Shown piece by piece: positions 36,552-48,719 of a stretch of 64,000 nucleotides of DNA; within the stretch, counting starts at the first letter, position 1, and the number at the start of each line of letters is the position of its first letter. The stretch is taken from positions 35,218,001-35,282,000 of the forward strand of contig NC_058368.1 of assembly GCF_018350175.1 (NCBI RefSeq), in the 5' to 3' direction. Both the position numbers and the translations under genes were made by a program. The stretch comes from Felis catus (lineage: Eukaryota). The notes beneath the pieces are model-generated. The model was not told where the DNA came from. It was given only the letters and a program-made list of their open reading frames with translations, and ran no database searches.

Positions 36552-38170
36552 GTTGTACTAAAGAAACACCTCTGCTTATGATTATACGTGAACTAGGTTA
36601 ATTGTACAGTTAACTACATTCTAAGTTAAAATGCTAGTTAAGTACAGCCTTGATCCCTATATTCCACTTGTCTCCACTCCCCATGGCTGACACCTACAAG
36701 ATTTATCTCCAGGACCTATTTGGACTTCAAGCAGATGAGATTTCTGAAACTGGTAATATTTTGCCTAGCACTGTAGAATTTGGCCTCAAGTTATCTTGTG
36801 CCCTGTTCTGAGAACAGAGAGGTATTCCTGAAACTCAACCTCACCCACACTCCCATAGCATTTCCCCTTTGTTTAGAATCCCAGTGTACTGCTTAGATCT
36901 GTCCTACTAAGAAAGGTTCACACTTGCTATTCCTCTTCTTGGCTCTGACTCTAGACTCCAGACATACTTTTACCACTGCCCACATGATTACTTTCCATGA
37001 AGTCCCAGCGGATGTGCTTCTCATAAACATTTTTGAGACCCCAATATCCAAAACTGTTGTTGGTCTCCACTGGCATGGCCTCTGGCCAGCAAGTGTATAT
37101 TGCAGACTCCCCTTCATTCTCTATCTGCAGATGGAGCTATAGGTCAGTCTCTTGAAGATGTCTCCTTGTGTGTCTCATCTAGTAACAGTCACCTGGGCTT
37201 TATACGTCTACATCCTAAATGATAACACCAGTTAAAGAAACCATTTAAAAAAAAAAAAAAGAAGTTGTTATAGTCATTCAGTAAGCAACTATGGAGAGGG
37301 AGAGATCCAAATGAACAACAACAACAAAAAAAATCACAAACTACTCCAGTATAAAAGGGTACTTCAGAAGCTTGGCAAAAAGGTTGCTCTATAAAGCTTC
37401 ACTCTAAGGAGTAATTCTTCAGGCTCTACCAGACTCAGAAGACAAGTTGATCTGAAAATGAAGAACAATACTCATGATGTGAAAATTTTAACCATGGAAT
37501 GACTAATAATCATAATGACTATTAAAATCACTTAATCTTAGAAGTGTGGATGCACAAGAAATAGCTGAAAATCAAGGAGAAGATTTAATCAAGTTAACTA
37601 ATCAGTTAATTCAAAAGAGAGTTTTTTTAAAAGCACAGCTCAGTTAACCAGTAGTACTTAGCTTATCATTAACCATAAAGAGACAAGTCTTATATAATTA
37701 ATGAAATTACATTTTAACTTATATAACTTTTGGAATTGCCTGGGAATCCTTTGTTTTGAATTTATTTTTAGAAGCTTATCCTAAATTCAAGTCCATAGAC
37801 CTCACATTTCCCATCTCCACTATGTGGAGTAGAGTCTGAGGTTACTAAGTCTAGGCAAAATCTGGTCTTCAACAAGTGTCTGAAGTTCAGAAAGTGGCAG
37901 GCAAGATGGAACAGCCTGATTATTGAAGCAAAGAAGAATCAGGAGAATAGAAATGACCAGATGCTCGAGAAGACGAATTTGATAGGGATTTATAGAATAT
38001 ATGGGATAAATCAGGCAATAAACTCAGTGAGAATTAAGGAGCAGACAGAAGTAGAACTAGGAGGTCCATAGCTTATTTAGCATCTCTACAGCTGGAGTTG
38101 TCTTCAGAGTTCACTCCCCTCTAGGATGCATCTAAAGTTTGGAAGTTACAGCTTTCTGAGGCCAACCTCT

Positions 38171-38346
38171 GTGTGGTATAGTAGGGAGTTCTTGGACTTT
38201 AATCAGAAAGATCTGTAATCTTGTTCCACTTCTCACACGTTATCTGCATGGACACAGGCAGAATATTTTTATTATTTGAATCATAATGGGAAGCATAATA
38301 TCCCCCTTTTAGTAATACTGTAAAGATTAAATAAATTAATGGATGT
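38171..38346 (+). mobile_element. MIR relic
   Basis: tgtggtatagtaggga..ggacttttaatcagaaagatctg; tgtaaagattaaataa. Confidence 0.65.
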
Positions 38347-38784
38347 CAGGTCATGGCATATTGTTGGCTCCCCTTGTGTGTTGATCCCTTTCTGCCCACT
38401 CACCCTCACACACTTTTGGCTCCCTCTGAACAGAAAGTGTCTGGGTTTCATGCAGCGGTAAGAGGAGAAAACAGCCATATGATGGAAGGTGTCATTACAC
38501 TGGTGGACAATGTGATGCTAGGTGGACCAGCAACCCCTCCTATATTACTAGGTACTGCAACCAGCCCCGGCGCTAGTCAAGTCCAATGCCCAGTCTTATG
38601 AGCATAGGGCACAGGGAGGTCAGATGCTAGGTGAGTTCTTCCAAGGTCAGGTGAAGGAAAACACGTGAAAAAGAGATGGAAAAAAACAGAAGCAGGAGGA
38701 GATAGAAAGCAATCGAGTCATCATGACAGTTAATAGTAATAATTAAAAAAAAAAAAAGATATACTGAGGAGAGGAAACTGATAA

Positions 38785-38975
38785 CCAGCAAGTGCCAGAG
38801 TCTGTGCTGGGCATTTTACATCTCATTTGATCACTACAACCCCCTGAAAAGTAAGTATGAATATGACTGTTTTGTAGATGAGGACATTGAGGTTTATAGA
38901 AGTAAAATAACTTGCCAAATGACACCATCACCAAATGACAATAAGAAATCTTTTTGAGTCCATATCCCCAGATCT
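38785..38975 (-). mobile_element. MIR relic
   Basis: gtgccag..tgtgctgggcattttaca; ttttgtagatgaggacattgagg; aataacttgcca. Confidence 0.75.
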
Positions 38976-39031
38976 CATGTATGATTTGTTGTGATCCATG
39001 TTTATACAAGCAGATGGGGCTGAAATTATGT

Positions 39032-39067
<36 letters not shown>

Positions 39068-39318
39068 GATAAGGAAAAGCTTGTGATTTTTTTTTTTTTT
39101 TTTCTAATGGATGATAGAAGATCTGCTATAGATAGTGGTACTTACATTCCACAGGATACATTTAGAAGACTGACTGGACACATTTTAAAAATGTCACAAT
39201 TTACAACATAATAGAAATCATATTCTTTACAATTATTTGAGCTTGTGATAGGAAACTTTTAGATATCAACTTAAAAATGTACAGAAGTTACACAATTTTT
39301 CAAAGGAGTATGTTTTCA

Positions 39319-39504
39319 GGGCACCTGGGTGGCTCAGTTGGTTGAGCATCTGACTCTTGATTTTGGCTCAGGTCATAATCCCAGGGTTGTGGGATCAAGC
39401 CCCATGTCAGGTTCTGCACTAAGCACAGAGCCTGCTTAAGAATCTCTGTCTTTCTGCCCCCCTTTCTCTTTCTCAAATAAAAAAAAAATTAAAAATTTTT
39501 AAGA
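39319..39504 (+). mobile_element. CanSINE
   Basis: Head and body; degenerate TSD aaagga(g/a)tatgttt. Confidence 0.92.
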
Positions 39505-39558
39505 AAAGGAATATGTTTGCAAATTTTGAAGACCACTTCCCTTAGAGCAGAAGTTCTT

Positions 39559-39778
39559 TTTTTTTTTTTTTTTTTTTAACGTTTATTTATTTTTGAGACA
39601 GAGAGAGACAGAGCATGAACAGGGGAGGGTCAGAGAGAGGGAGACACAGAATCTGAAACAGGCTCCAGGCTCCGAGCTGTCAGCACAGAGCCCGATGCAG
39701 GGCTCAAACTCACGGACCGCGAGATCATGACCTGAGCCAAAGTCAGCCGCTTAACTGACTGAGCCACCCAGGTGCCCC
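39559..39778 (-). mobile_element. Feline CanSINE, fairly young
   Basis: Perfect 14 bp TSD gagcagaagttctt at 39545-39558 and 39779-39792. Confidence 0.96.
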
Positions 39779-39807
39779 GAGCAGAAGTTCTTAACATATG
39801 ATGGACA

Positions 39808-40227
39808 TCAGCAGTATAATGTAATGGTTATAGACAAAGACTTAGGAGTCAGTCCTGCTAGTTATATGACATTGGGCAAGTGACTTAAATCCAGCTCATA
39901 TACTTATCTGTAAAATGAGGGTAGATGCAATACCCTATCCCACTAGTTGCTAAACTTCAGCATTCCTCGGAATCGCCTGGAGATCTTATTAAAACACAGA
40001 GTGCTGAGTTCTCATGCCCAGAGTTTCTGATTCAGGACATCTAAAGTCAGGCCTCCAAATCTGCATTCCTAGCAAGCTTCCAGGTAATGCTGATACTGCT
40101 GCTCCAGGGACCATACCTGAGAAACTCTGAGCTCTCTGCTAAGTTCATTGTGAGAATTTTAAAAGTTATTACATAGAGTGCTTATAATTACACTAACACA
40201 TAATAGGTGCTTACATGTATCAGTTAG
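39808..40227 (+). mobile_element. MIR split by MER5A
   Basis: ttgggcaagtgacttaa..atctgtaaaatgaggg; resumes ttgtgagaatt..taataggtgct. Confidence 0.7.
39941..40129. mobile_element. MER5A-like DNA transposon
   Basis: gaatcgcctggagatcttattaaaacacaga; cagagtttctgattcag; tctgcattcctagcaagcttccaggtaatgctgat. Confidence 0.85.
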
Positions 40228-40235
40228 CCAGCATC

Positions 40236-40475
40236 ATCAGTTAGAACTGGATTCACTGTAACAGAAAGTCCTACTCCAGTGGGTTAAACAGAAAGGAGTT
40301 GATGTATTTCATTTAAAAAGAAGTACTGAGGTAAATCATCCAGGGCTGACACCACTGTCAAGAATGTCATCAAGTGCCCAGGCTCCTTCTTCCTTCTTGC
40401 TCAATCACCTTTGTTCCATGGCTTTTGTTATCATGGATTTATAATAGCTGCTGTTTGTCCAGGAATCTTGTCTGA
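40236..40475 (-). mobile_element. MaLR LTR fragment (MLT1J/K-like)
   Basis: tgtaacagaaa..cagtgggttaaacaga; tgtcatcaagtgcccaggctccttct. Confidence 0.6.
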
Positions 40476-40644
40476 TATTGCTATACGTGCTAGTCAAGGT
40501 CACCAAGCTATTTCTTAGCTTTGCATTTGTTTATAATCCTGCCTCCTGGGAAATCTCTTCCCTCCACCATGTCTACCTAAGACAGTTCCAGACATTTGCT
40601 GCTGCATCACTTGGTCTCCTAATCTCCTTTCCTGAGCAAAGTAG

Positions 40645-40815
40645 ATTACTTGTTTATTGCAAAGGATATTAAAGGTTACAAATGAACGGCTGGATGAAGA
40701 GGTTCATGGGACAAAGTTCGGAAGGGTCTTGAGCACAGGAGCTTCTAACCCCATGGAGTTTGGGGTGCACCACCCTCCTGACATGTATATGCATTCTTCT
40801 TCACCAACCTGGAAA
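40645..40815 (-). mobile_element. ERV LTR fragment (MER21/MER39-related)
   Basis: tttattgcaaaggata..acaaatgaacggctggatgaagagg..ggaagggtcttgagcacaggagcttct..ccaccctcc. Confidence 0.6.
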
Positions 40816-43800
40816 TGCCAAAGTAAGGATTTTGAATACGGTCCTGACACTAATGGGACCTGCTACCAGTTGGCCACAGATTTATCCTGGAGTTCTGACT
40901 GCTGATGTTTAAATTCCTCCATATTTAACTAGATAATGATCTATAATAAACACAACAGTGAACCAGTTGGTTTTGGGAGAAAATGAAACTATCCTAGATA
41001 TCATATGTATGCATAGAGTGAGTACTTAAGCATCATAAAAATTCCCTTAATTTACAAGATTTATTTACCATGAAGAGTACATGCTTACAGTAAGGAAAAT
41101 ACTAAAAAGAAAAAAAAAATGGATGGAGGAAGTAATTTTGAAAAGTTCTAACACTGTTATACAACAGTGACCAGCATGTAATGCTGCAATCCTTTGTCTC
41201 CATCCAAAGTTTTCAACAGTCTCAATTTCTTTTTGTTTTCCTAAGGAAATGCAAATCCAATTTCTAGTGATAACCAGTGGAGAAATAGGATTTGCTTTTA
41301 AGAACTATTTTTCCAGCGAAGTTAGCTGGCATTCATCTAACACACGAATGAAACATAAAATTTCAGTTCTAAACATTTAACCCCATCCCATGTTGACATT
41401 TGAAACCACTTTAAAGGAAAAGGTATCATATTTGACTGTGAAGAGAACTGGAACAGGTGTGAAACACTAAAACCTCAGCACCTCTTTGCTTAAGAAAATG
41501 AACATTATTCTTGACACTCATTTTTTAAAAGAGTGAATGGTGGAGGACAAGTAATGAAAGGAGTAGTACGTTAGATCCCGTCAAGAGCTTTGAAGCCATA
41601 CTAAGTAAACCAGATCCGAATGCAATGAGAAGTGAAAGAACCAAAACATCTGTTATTACATCTGAATGATACCAAGATTCCCAAATTTCAACCGAAGCCA
41701 GAAAGCCAGGAAGTATTGCCAGTAAAGAATGTGAATATTTCTTGCTAGGTAGAGCTGATTAAATTCTTTCCCTGAGGAAAGACTGATATTGAGAGAAAGC
41801 TAACACCTTGAGGCAAGTAACATAAATAACAAATTCATTCAAGTAGCACTCTTTATTAGGGACTCTCTTTGATCTGTGTGCACCAGTGCACATGTGTGGA
41901 TGCACTCATGCATGGAACCCTGAAAGCCAAACCAGAGAAGAGTACACTACCCCGCATGGGCACAGTAGTCTTTCCACAAGGTAGATAGCTGTGGGGAAGC
42001 AGCCAAAGGGAGAAGAGCCCATTGTTTCTCTCAATCCAGCTGCTACTCACTTTCCAAACCTGAACACAAAACTCACTAAATGGCTGCTGAATTCCTTTTT
42101 AAATGACAATACAGATACCTCAATCTCAGCTAAATCTAATTTTATGCTCATTTCACTTTGCTGTGGCATTTTTTTTTCCTTCTATGCTGCATTTTTCTTG
42201 AACAATCACCAAACTGGCAGATTCTGACTAGCTTGTCAGAAAGGAAAAGAAATGTATGTTTCACAGGAAATTAATCTAATCAGCAGAACATTTATAAGAA
42301 GACCAAGCCAGACTAGTTTACAAATAAACAATACCTGGAGGGGGAAATTTTAAATCTCATTATACTATGACCTTCCAAAACCTAGGACAGGATTGTTTAA
42401 TTCTCTTTAAGTCTCTTCCTTTAAAGTTTACTGTGTCTCACGATTTTCAGGGAAAATAACGAAGCTAAAAATCACCTTAATTCAATAAAATAGAAAGTGG
42501 GAAGTAAACCAATAATAACCTTTAATACTGTGATGAAAATAGCCTGCATAAAAACAAGGATAAACAGCATTGCAGTCTAATTTACATCTGCATAAAATGT
42601 AAGCTAGAATTCAATGTGCAATAAAATATTAGTATCTTTACTGCCAGCATAATCTTAACTAATCATTCCTTATGTTATTTCTGTAGTTACAGTAAGTCAT
42701 CTGTATGAAATGTGACTGAATAAGGTTAGCCCAGCAACTGAAACTACTGTGGTTTTCCTCTCTTTCCAACTTACAAAATCTTTTTTCATTAATGTTCTCA
42801 CACATGCCTAAACTAGTCCCAAACAGGATCAGCCTCTACCCTTTTCAGAATGTCACCAACTCAAAACAGTTTTCTTCTTAACAATCTCTTTCTTTGTAAT
42901 ACATAAACACATTCTTCAGGGGCACTGTAATTATCCAAAATGAGCTTTAGTACTGCAAATTACTTCAGCACCCCTATGATTTATCTGTAGTAAACACACT
43001 TTATAATATTTATATTCCCATTAAAACTGCCACTAATAATGAATTGACAGTACATAAGCATTTATATGATACAACATGGACAAATACCGGATGCCCCTAT
43101 AATAGTTACATTCCTTGCTCTTCCTATCATGTTGGGAAAAACCAAACCTTGGCATTTTGCCGTGTTTATGAAAATACCTTTGAAAATGGCTCAGCACATT
43201 GCACTTCACATTTGCAACCATTTCCTTTAAAAAGATGGCATCCGTCCGTACTTATGAGGTCTGGGTTATTGGATTTTCACATTATGCATCATTACTCCAA
43301 GTAGGTGTCTTATCAGCAGCTCCAGTTGCTGTGGAGAAGATTGGAATTAAGCACTGGAAGCTTTTTATTTATTTTACATGCTTTATTCCTACAAGATTTT
43401 CTGCATATAAGCTTCTTTGTTCAGCTGAGAATTGGATACATTGCCAAGGCATTGTAAAATTTACATCTTGCTTTTTCTCCTGTATTCTTTCCAAAATTGG
43501 ATTGAAAACAAAGTATAGTTTTTAATTACAGCTCTGACCAACAATAGACATTTTCCCCCCTAAGCATTGGCATTTCTGATCAGTGGTGAGGTTTTATAAA
43601 AGCCTAATAGGAGATGTTCACTACTTAACTGCAATCAGCCTTCTAGCAGTTTCTGTGTCAGCCGAAACCTATGGTATTCCTGACAATATTCATTTAAAGA
43701 TAACCATCGCCAAAGTTGATCTAACTATGATCAACAAGGGCATGGAGAAATCCCAAGCAAATTACCATTTCCCTTTAAGTTCATGTAACCCAGTGTAATT

Positions 43801-44535
43801 CTCCTGCTGATTTTCACAGAGAAGAACTGAAAGAAATGTTTGTTTTTTTAAGCAAGTTCAGATTAAACTTTTGATTAATGTTTTATTAGTTATTTCAAAC
43901 TATAATGGCCTATTTTATCCTGAAGTGAAGTCCAGAAGTCATCTGTTTTGCCCTCAAAATGTCCTAATGGCTTAAATGTCTTCAGGAAGGCCAATAGCCT
44001 GGTCATCTAAGCAGAGGATTAAGAAAGCCAAAGATCATAGTAAATATTGTTATGTGATTTGAGGCTAAGCTAATCAAGAAAGGAGGGGTTCCATTTCCCC
44101 ATTTGTAAAGTGAAATTAATGAACATTCCTCCATCATGAGGAAAACCTTTACTCTTCTTTTTGCAACTCTCAAATCTTTGACTTCTGTGGCACCATGAAT
44201 CCCTCCTCTCTCCCTGGGCTGGTTGCTTCCTGCACCCAAAGTTTAGATATTAAACTTCCTCAGAACTCAGTGATACCTCTTTTTATTCTTTCACCATACT
44301 TTCCCCTGAGGTGATCTTATCCACTTTCAGAACTTTAAAAACACTTAATGCTGATGACACCTGATTATTTTTGTTCAGCCAGGGCTCCACTGAGGTTCAG
44401 ATCTCTATATCTCAATGCTCAACTGACATACTGATTTAAACATTCCACAGATATCTCATTAACCTATCCAAAAAGGAACGCTGAATTTCCCCAATTTCTC
44501 TTATACTATATATTTTTCCTTAATTTGGCTCAATT

Positions 44536-47444
44536 TTTTCAATATGAAATTTATTGTCAAACTGGTTTCCATTCAACACCCAGTGCTCATCCCAACAGGT
44601 GCCCTCCTCAATGCCCATCACCCACTTTCCCCTCCCATCAACCCTCAGTTTGTTCTCAGTTTTAAAGAGTCTCTTGTGGTCTACCTCCCTCCCTCTCTAA
44701 CTTTTTTCCCCCTTTTCCTCCCCCATGATCTTCTGTTAAGTTTCTCAGGATCCACATAAGAGTGAAAACACATGGTATCTGTCTTTCTCTGTATGACGTA
44801 TTTTACTTAGCATAACACTCTCCAGTTCCATCCACGTTGCTACAAAAGGCCATATTTCATACTTTCTCATTGCCAAGTAGTATTCCATTGCATATATAAA
44901 CCACAATTTCTTTATCCATTCATCGGTTGATGGACATTTAGGCTCTCCATAATTTGGCTATTGTTAAAAGTGCTGCTATAAACATTGGGGTACAAGTGCC
45001 CCTATGCATCAGTACTCCTGTATCCCTTGGGTAAATTCCTAGCAGTGCTGTTGCTGGGTCATATGGTAGATCTATTTTTAATTTTTTGAGGAACCTCCAC
45101 ACTGTTTTCCAGAGTGGCTGCACCAGTTTGCATTCGCACCAACAGTGCAAGACGGTTCCCATTTCTCCACATCCTGTCCAGCATCTACAGTCTCCTGATT
45201 GTTCATTTTAGCCACTCTGACTGGCATGAGGTGATATCTCAGTGTGGTTTTGATTTGTATTTCCCTGATGAGGAGTGACACTGAGCATCTTTTCATGTGC
45301 CTGTTTGCCATCTGGATGTCTTCTTTAGAGAAGTGTCTATTCGGGTCTTCTGCCCATTTCTTCACTGGATTGTTTGTTTTTTGGGTGTGGAGTTTGGTGA
45401 GTTCTTGATAGATTTTGGATACTGGCCCTTTGTCCAATATGTCATTTGCAAATATCTTTTCCCATTCCATCAGTTGTCTTTTAGTTTTGTTGACTGTTTC
45501 CTTTGCTGTGCAGAAGCTTTTTATCTGGATGAGGTCCCAATAGTTCATTTTTTTTTCTTTTAATTCCCTTGCCTTTGGAGATGTGTCAACTAAGAAATTG
45601 CTGCAGCTAAGGTCAGAGAGGTTTTTGCTGCTTTTTCCTCGAGGGTTTTGATGGCTTCCTGTGTCACATTCAGGTCCTTCATCCATTTTCAGTTTATTTT
45701 TGTGAATGGTGTAAGAAAATGGTCTAGTTTCATTCTTCTGCATGTTGCTGTCCAGTTTTCCCAGCACAATTTGTTAAAGAGACTGTCTTTTTTCCATTGG
45801 ATATTACTTCCTGCTTTGTCAAAGATTAGTTGGCCATACTTTTGTGGGTCTAATTCTGGAGTCTCTATTCTATTCCATTGGTCTATGTGTCTGTTTTTAT
45901 GCCAAAACCATGCTGTCCATGGTTACAGCTTTGTAGTAGAGGCTAAAGTCTGGGATTGTGATGCCTCCCAATTTGGTCTTCTCCTTCAATATTACTTTGG
46001 CTATTCGTGGTCTTTTGTGGTTCTATACAAATTTTAGGATTGCTTGTTCTAGCTTCGAGAAGATGCTGGTGCAATTTTGATTGGGATTGCATTGAATGTG
46101 TAGAATGCTTTGGGTAGTATTGACATTTTAACAGTATTTATTCTTCCAGTCCATGAGCAAGGAATGTTTTTCCATTTCTTTGTATCTTCTTCAATTTCCT
46201 TCATAAGCTTTCTATAGTTTTCAGCATACAGATCTTTTACATCTTTGGTTAGGTTTATCCCTAGGTATTTTATGCTTCTTGGTGCAATTGTGAATGGGAT
46301 CAGTTTCTTTATTTGTCTTTCTGTTGCTTCATTCTTAGTGTATAAGAATGCAATTGATTTCTGTACATTAATTTTGTATCCCACGACTTTGCTGAATTCC
46401 TGTATCAGTTCTAGCAGACTTTTGGTGGAGTCTATCGGATTTTCCATGTATGTAATCTGCAAAAAGTGAAAGCTTGACTTCATCTTTGCCAATTTTGATG
46501 CCTTTCATTTCCTTTTGTTGTCTGATTGCTGATGCTAGAACTTCCAACACTATGTTAAACAACAGCAATGAGAGTGGACATCCCTGTCGTGTTCCTGATC
46601 TCAGGGGGAAAGCTCTCAGTTTTTCCCTTTTGAGGATGATATTAGCCGTGGGCTTTTCATAAGTGGCTTTTATGAAGTTTAAGTATGTTCCTTCTATCCC
46701 AACTTTCTCGAGGGTTTTTATTAAGAATGGATGCTGAATTTTGTCAAATGCTTTTCCTGTGTCAATTGACAGGATCATATAGTTATGATCTTTTCTTTTA
46801 TTAATGTGATGTATCACATTGATTGATTTGCGAATGCTGAACCAGCCCTGCAGCCCAGGAATGAATCCCACTTGATCATGGTGAATAATTCTTTTTATAT
46901 GCTGTTGAATTCAATTTACTAGTAGCTTGTTAAGAATTTCTGCATCCATATTCATCAGGGATATTGGCCTGTAGTTCTCTTTTTTTGCTGGGTCTCTGTC
47001 TGGTTTGGGAATCAAAGGAATTCTGGCTTCATAGAATGAGTCTAGAAGTTTTCCTTCCCTTTCTATCTTTTGGAACAGCTTGAGAAGGATAGGTATTATC
47101 TCTGCTTTAAATGTCTGGTAGAATTCCCCAGGGAAGCCATCTGGTCCTGGACTCTTATTTGTTGGGAGATTTTTGATAATTGATTCAATTTCTTTGATGG
47201 TTATGGGTCTTTTCAAATTTTCTATTTCTTCTTGTTTGAGTTTTGGAAGTGGATGGGTGCTTAGGAATTTGTCCATTTCTTCCAGGTTGTCCAGTCTGTT
47301 GGCATATAATTTTTCATAGTATTCCCCAGAGTCCCTTCTGCTAGTCTTCCGGTGGTTTTCTGGGTTATTTAGGCAGATGTGGGTGGAATGTAAGCAATCA
47401 GCAGGACGAGGTGAGCCGAGAATTCTCCTATGCTGCCATCTTCC
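44536..47444 (-). mobile_element. Feline L1 (L1_Fc-like), 2.9 kb, internally deleted, ORF2 disrupted
   Basis: ORF2 peptides ([46 protein letters not shown]); RT FADD motif broken by a frameshift (LFADY); 11 bp TSD ttggctcaatt at 44525-44535 and 47445-47455. Confidence 0.97.
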
Positions 47445-47496
47445 TTGGCTCAATTAACAATACCACATCACCCCCTCCCCATGATCTCTAGCAAAA

Positions 47497-47497
<1 letters not shown>

Positions 47498-47530
<33 letters not shown>
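47498..47530. repeat. (AGT)n microsatellite
   Basis: Directly visible. Confidence 0.95.
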
Positions 47531-47531
<1 letters not shown>

Positions 47532-47693
47532 ATAATGTAGAATTCACAATATCAATAAGTATCATTCTAGCTCCAAAGTACAGTTTAAACTGTTCCAATT
47601 ATCTCCATTTCTATTGCCACCAACCTATTCAAAGACAATATTAGTCCTATCTTCCAACTTCCATGTCTGCCTTCCACCAGTTCTTATTCTTTA

Positions 47694-47908
47694 TTTTTTT
47701 ATTTATTTTTAAAATTTTATTTAACATTCATTTTTTTGAGACAGAGAGAAACAGAGCATGAATGAGGGAGGGTCAGAGAAATAATGAGACACAGAATCCG
47801 AAACAGGCTCCAGGTTCTGAGCCTGACACGGGGCTCAAACTCACAGACCGTGAGATCATGACCTGAGCTAAAGTCGGATGCTGAACCGACTGAGCCACCC
47901 CAAGTGCC
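47694..47908 (-). mobile_element. Feline CanSINE
   Basis: TSD ccagttctta(t/c)tcttta. Confidence 0.94.
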
Positions 47909-48483
47909 CCAGTTCTTACTCTTTAAACAGAAAAATTCATGTTTAAAAAGAATAGTGAAGTTTATGTCAATACCCTCTTTCAATCCTCGAACTGTTTCCC
48001 AAAACATTCCAACTATAACTCAAATTCTTTGTCAAGGCCTAGGTAGCCCTCAGTGATCTAACCACTGCCTATCTTATCAAACTTCACCTTCTTTGCTCAC
48101 TACATTTCAACCACCCTTACTTCCATTCTCTCTCAGAACAAGCCATCTATTTAAGAGCCTAAAACCAAGCTCTTCTTTTATCTAGAACACTTTATATTCT
48201 ACTCTAAGCCAGCAGAACTCCTCTTCAACCTGAGCTCAATCAAGTCCTCTGAGATGCTTTACTATTTATTCTAACCTAGAGGAAAACACCCTTCCTGCTT
48301 TATTCTTTCTCAGTTGATTTTATCCTTCATAGCAATTATCACAATTATGCTGCTTATATTTTATTGTTTTAACCTCTCACTTATTATTTTAAAGTTCCTT
48401 GATTTTACTGTTCATTGCGCTATCCCTAACCCCTGCCATGACACCCAATATAGGTATTCAAGGATCCCACACAGCTTCTAGGG

Positions 48484-48648
48484 TTTTGTTTTTGTTTTTG
48501 TGTTGTTGTTTTTTGTTTTTTCTTTTTTTTGCAACCTCAACACTCAGTGCATAACCTGATGCGGGGCTAGATCCCACGACCTTAGGATCATGACCTGAAT
48601 CAAAATCAAGAGTCAGTCGCTCAACCAATTGAGCTACCCAGGTGCCCC
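48484..48648 (-). mobile_element. CanSINE lacking the (CT)n segment
   Basis: Intact head; body joins the A-rich tail directly; flanking ca(g/a)ctt(c/t)tagg. Confidence 0.88.
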
Positions 48649-48719
48649 TCAACTTTTAGGTTTCATCTCACTTAGGTTAGCCCATGAAATATAAAGAAGT
48701 CCTGATGGTTATCAGAAAG

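Larger units (their letters stand above)
44120..48450 (+). mobile_element. L2 relic split by the L1 at 44536-47444 and a SINE
   Basis: atgctgatgacacctga..ccactgaggttcagatc before the L1; continues after the TSD to tgttcattgcgctatcccta. Confidence 0.65.

Noticed and set aside
46911..47453. 180 aa ORF as a novel fusion protein
   Set aside because: It results from the L1 5' UTR/ORF2 junction, begins at a non-ATG codon in the flank, and downstream ORF2 is frameshifted at the RT motif.
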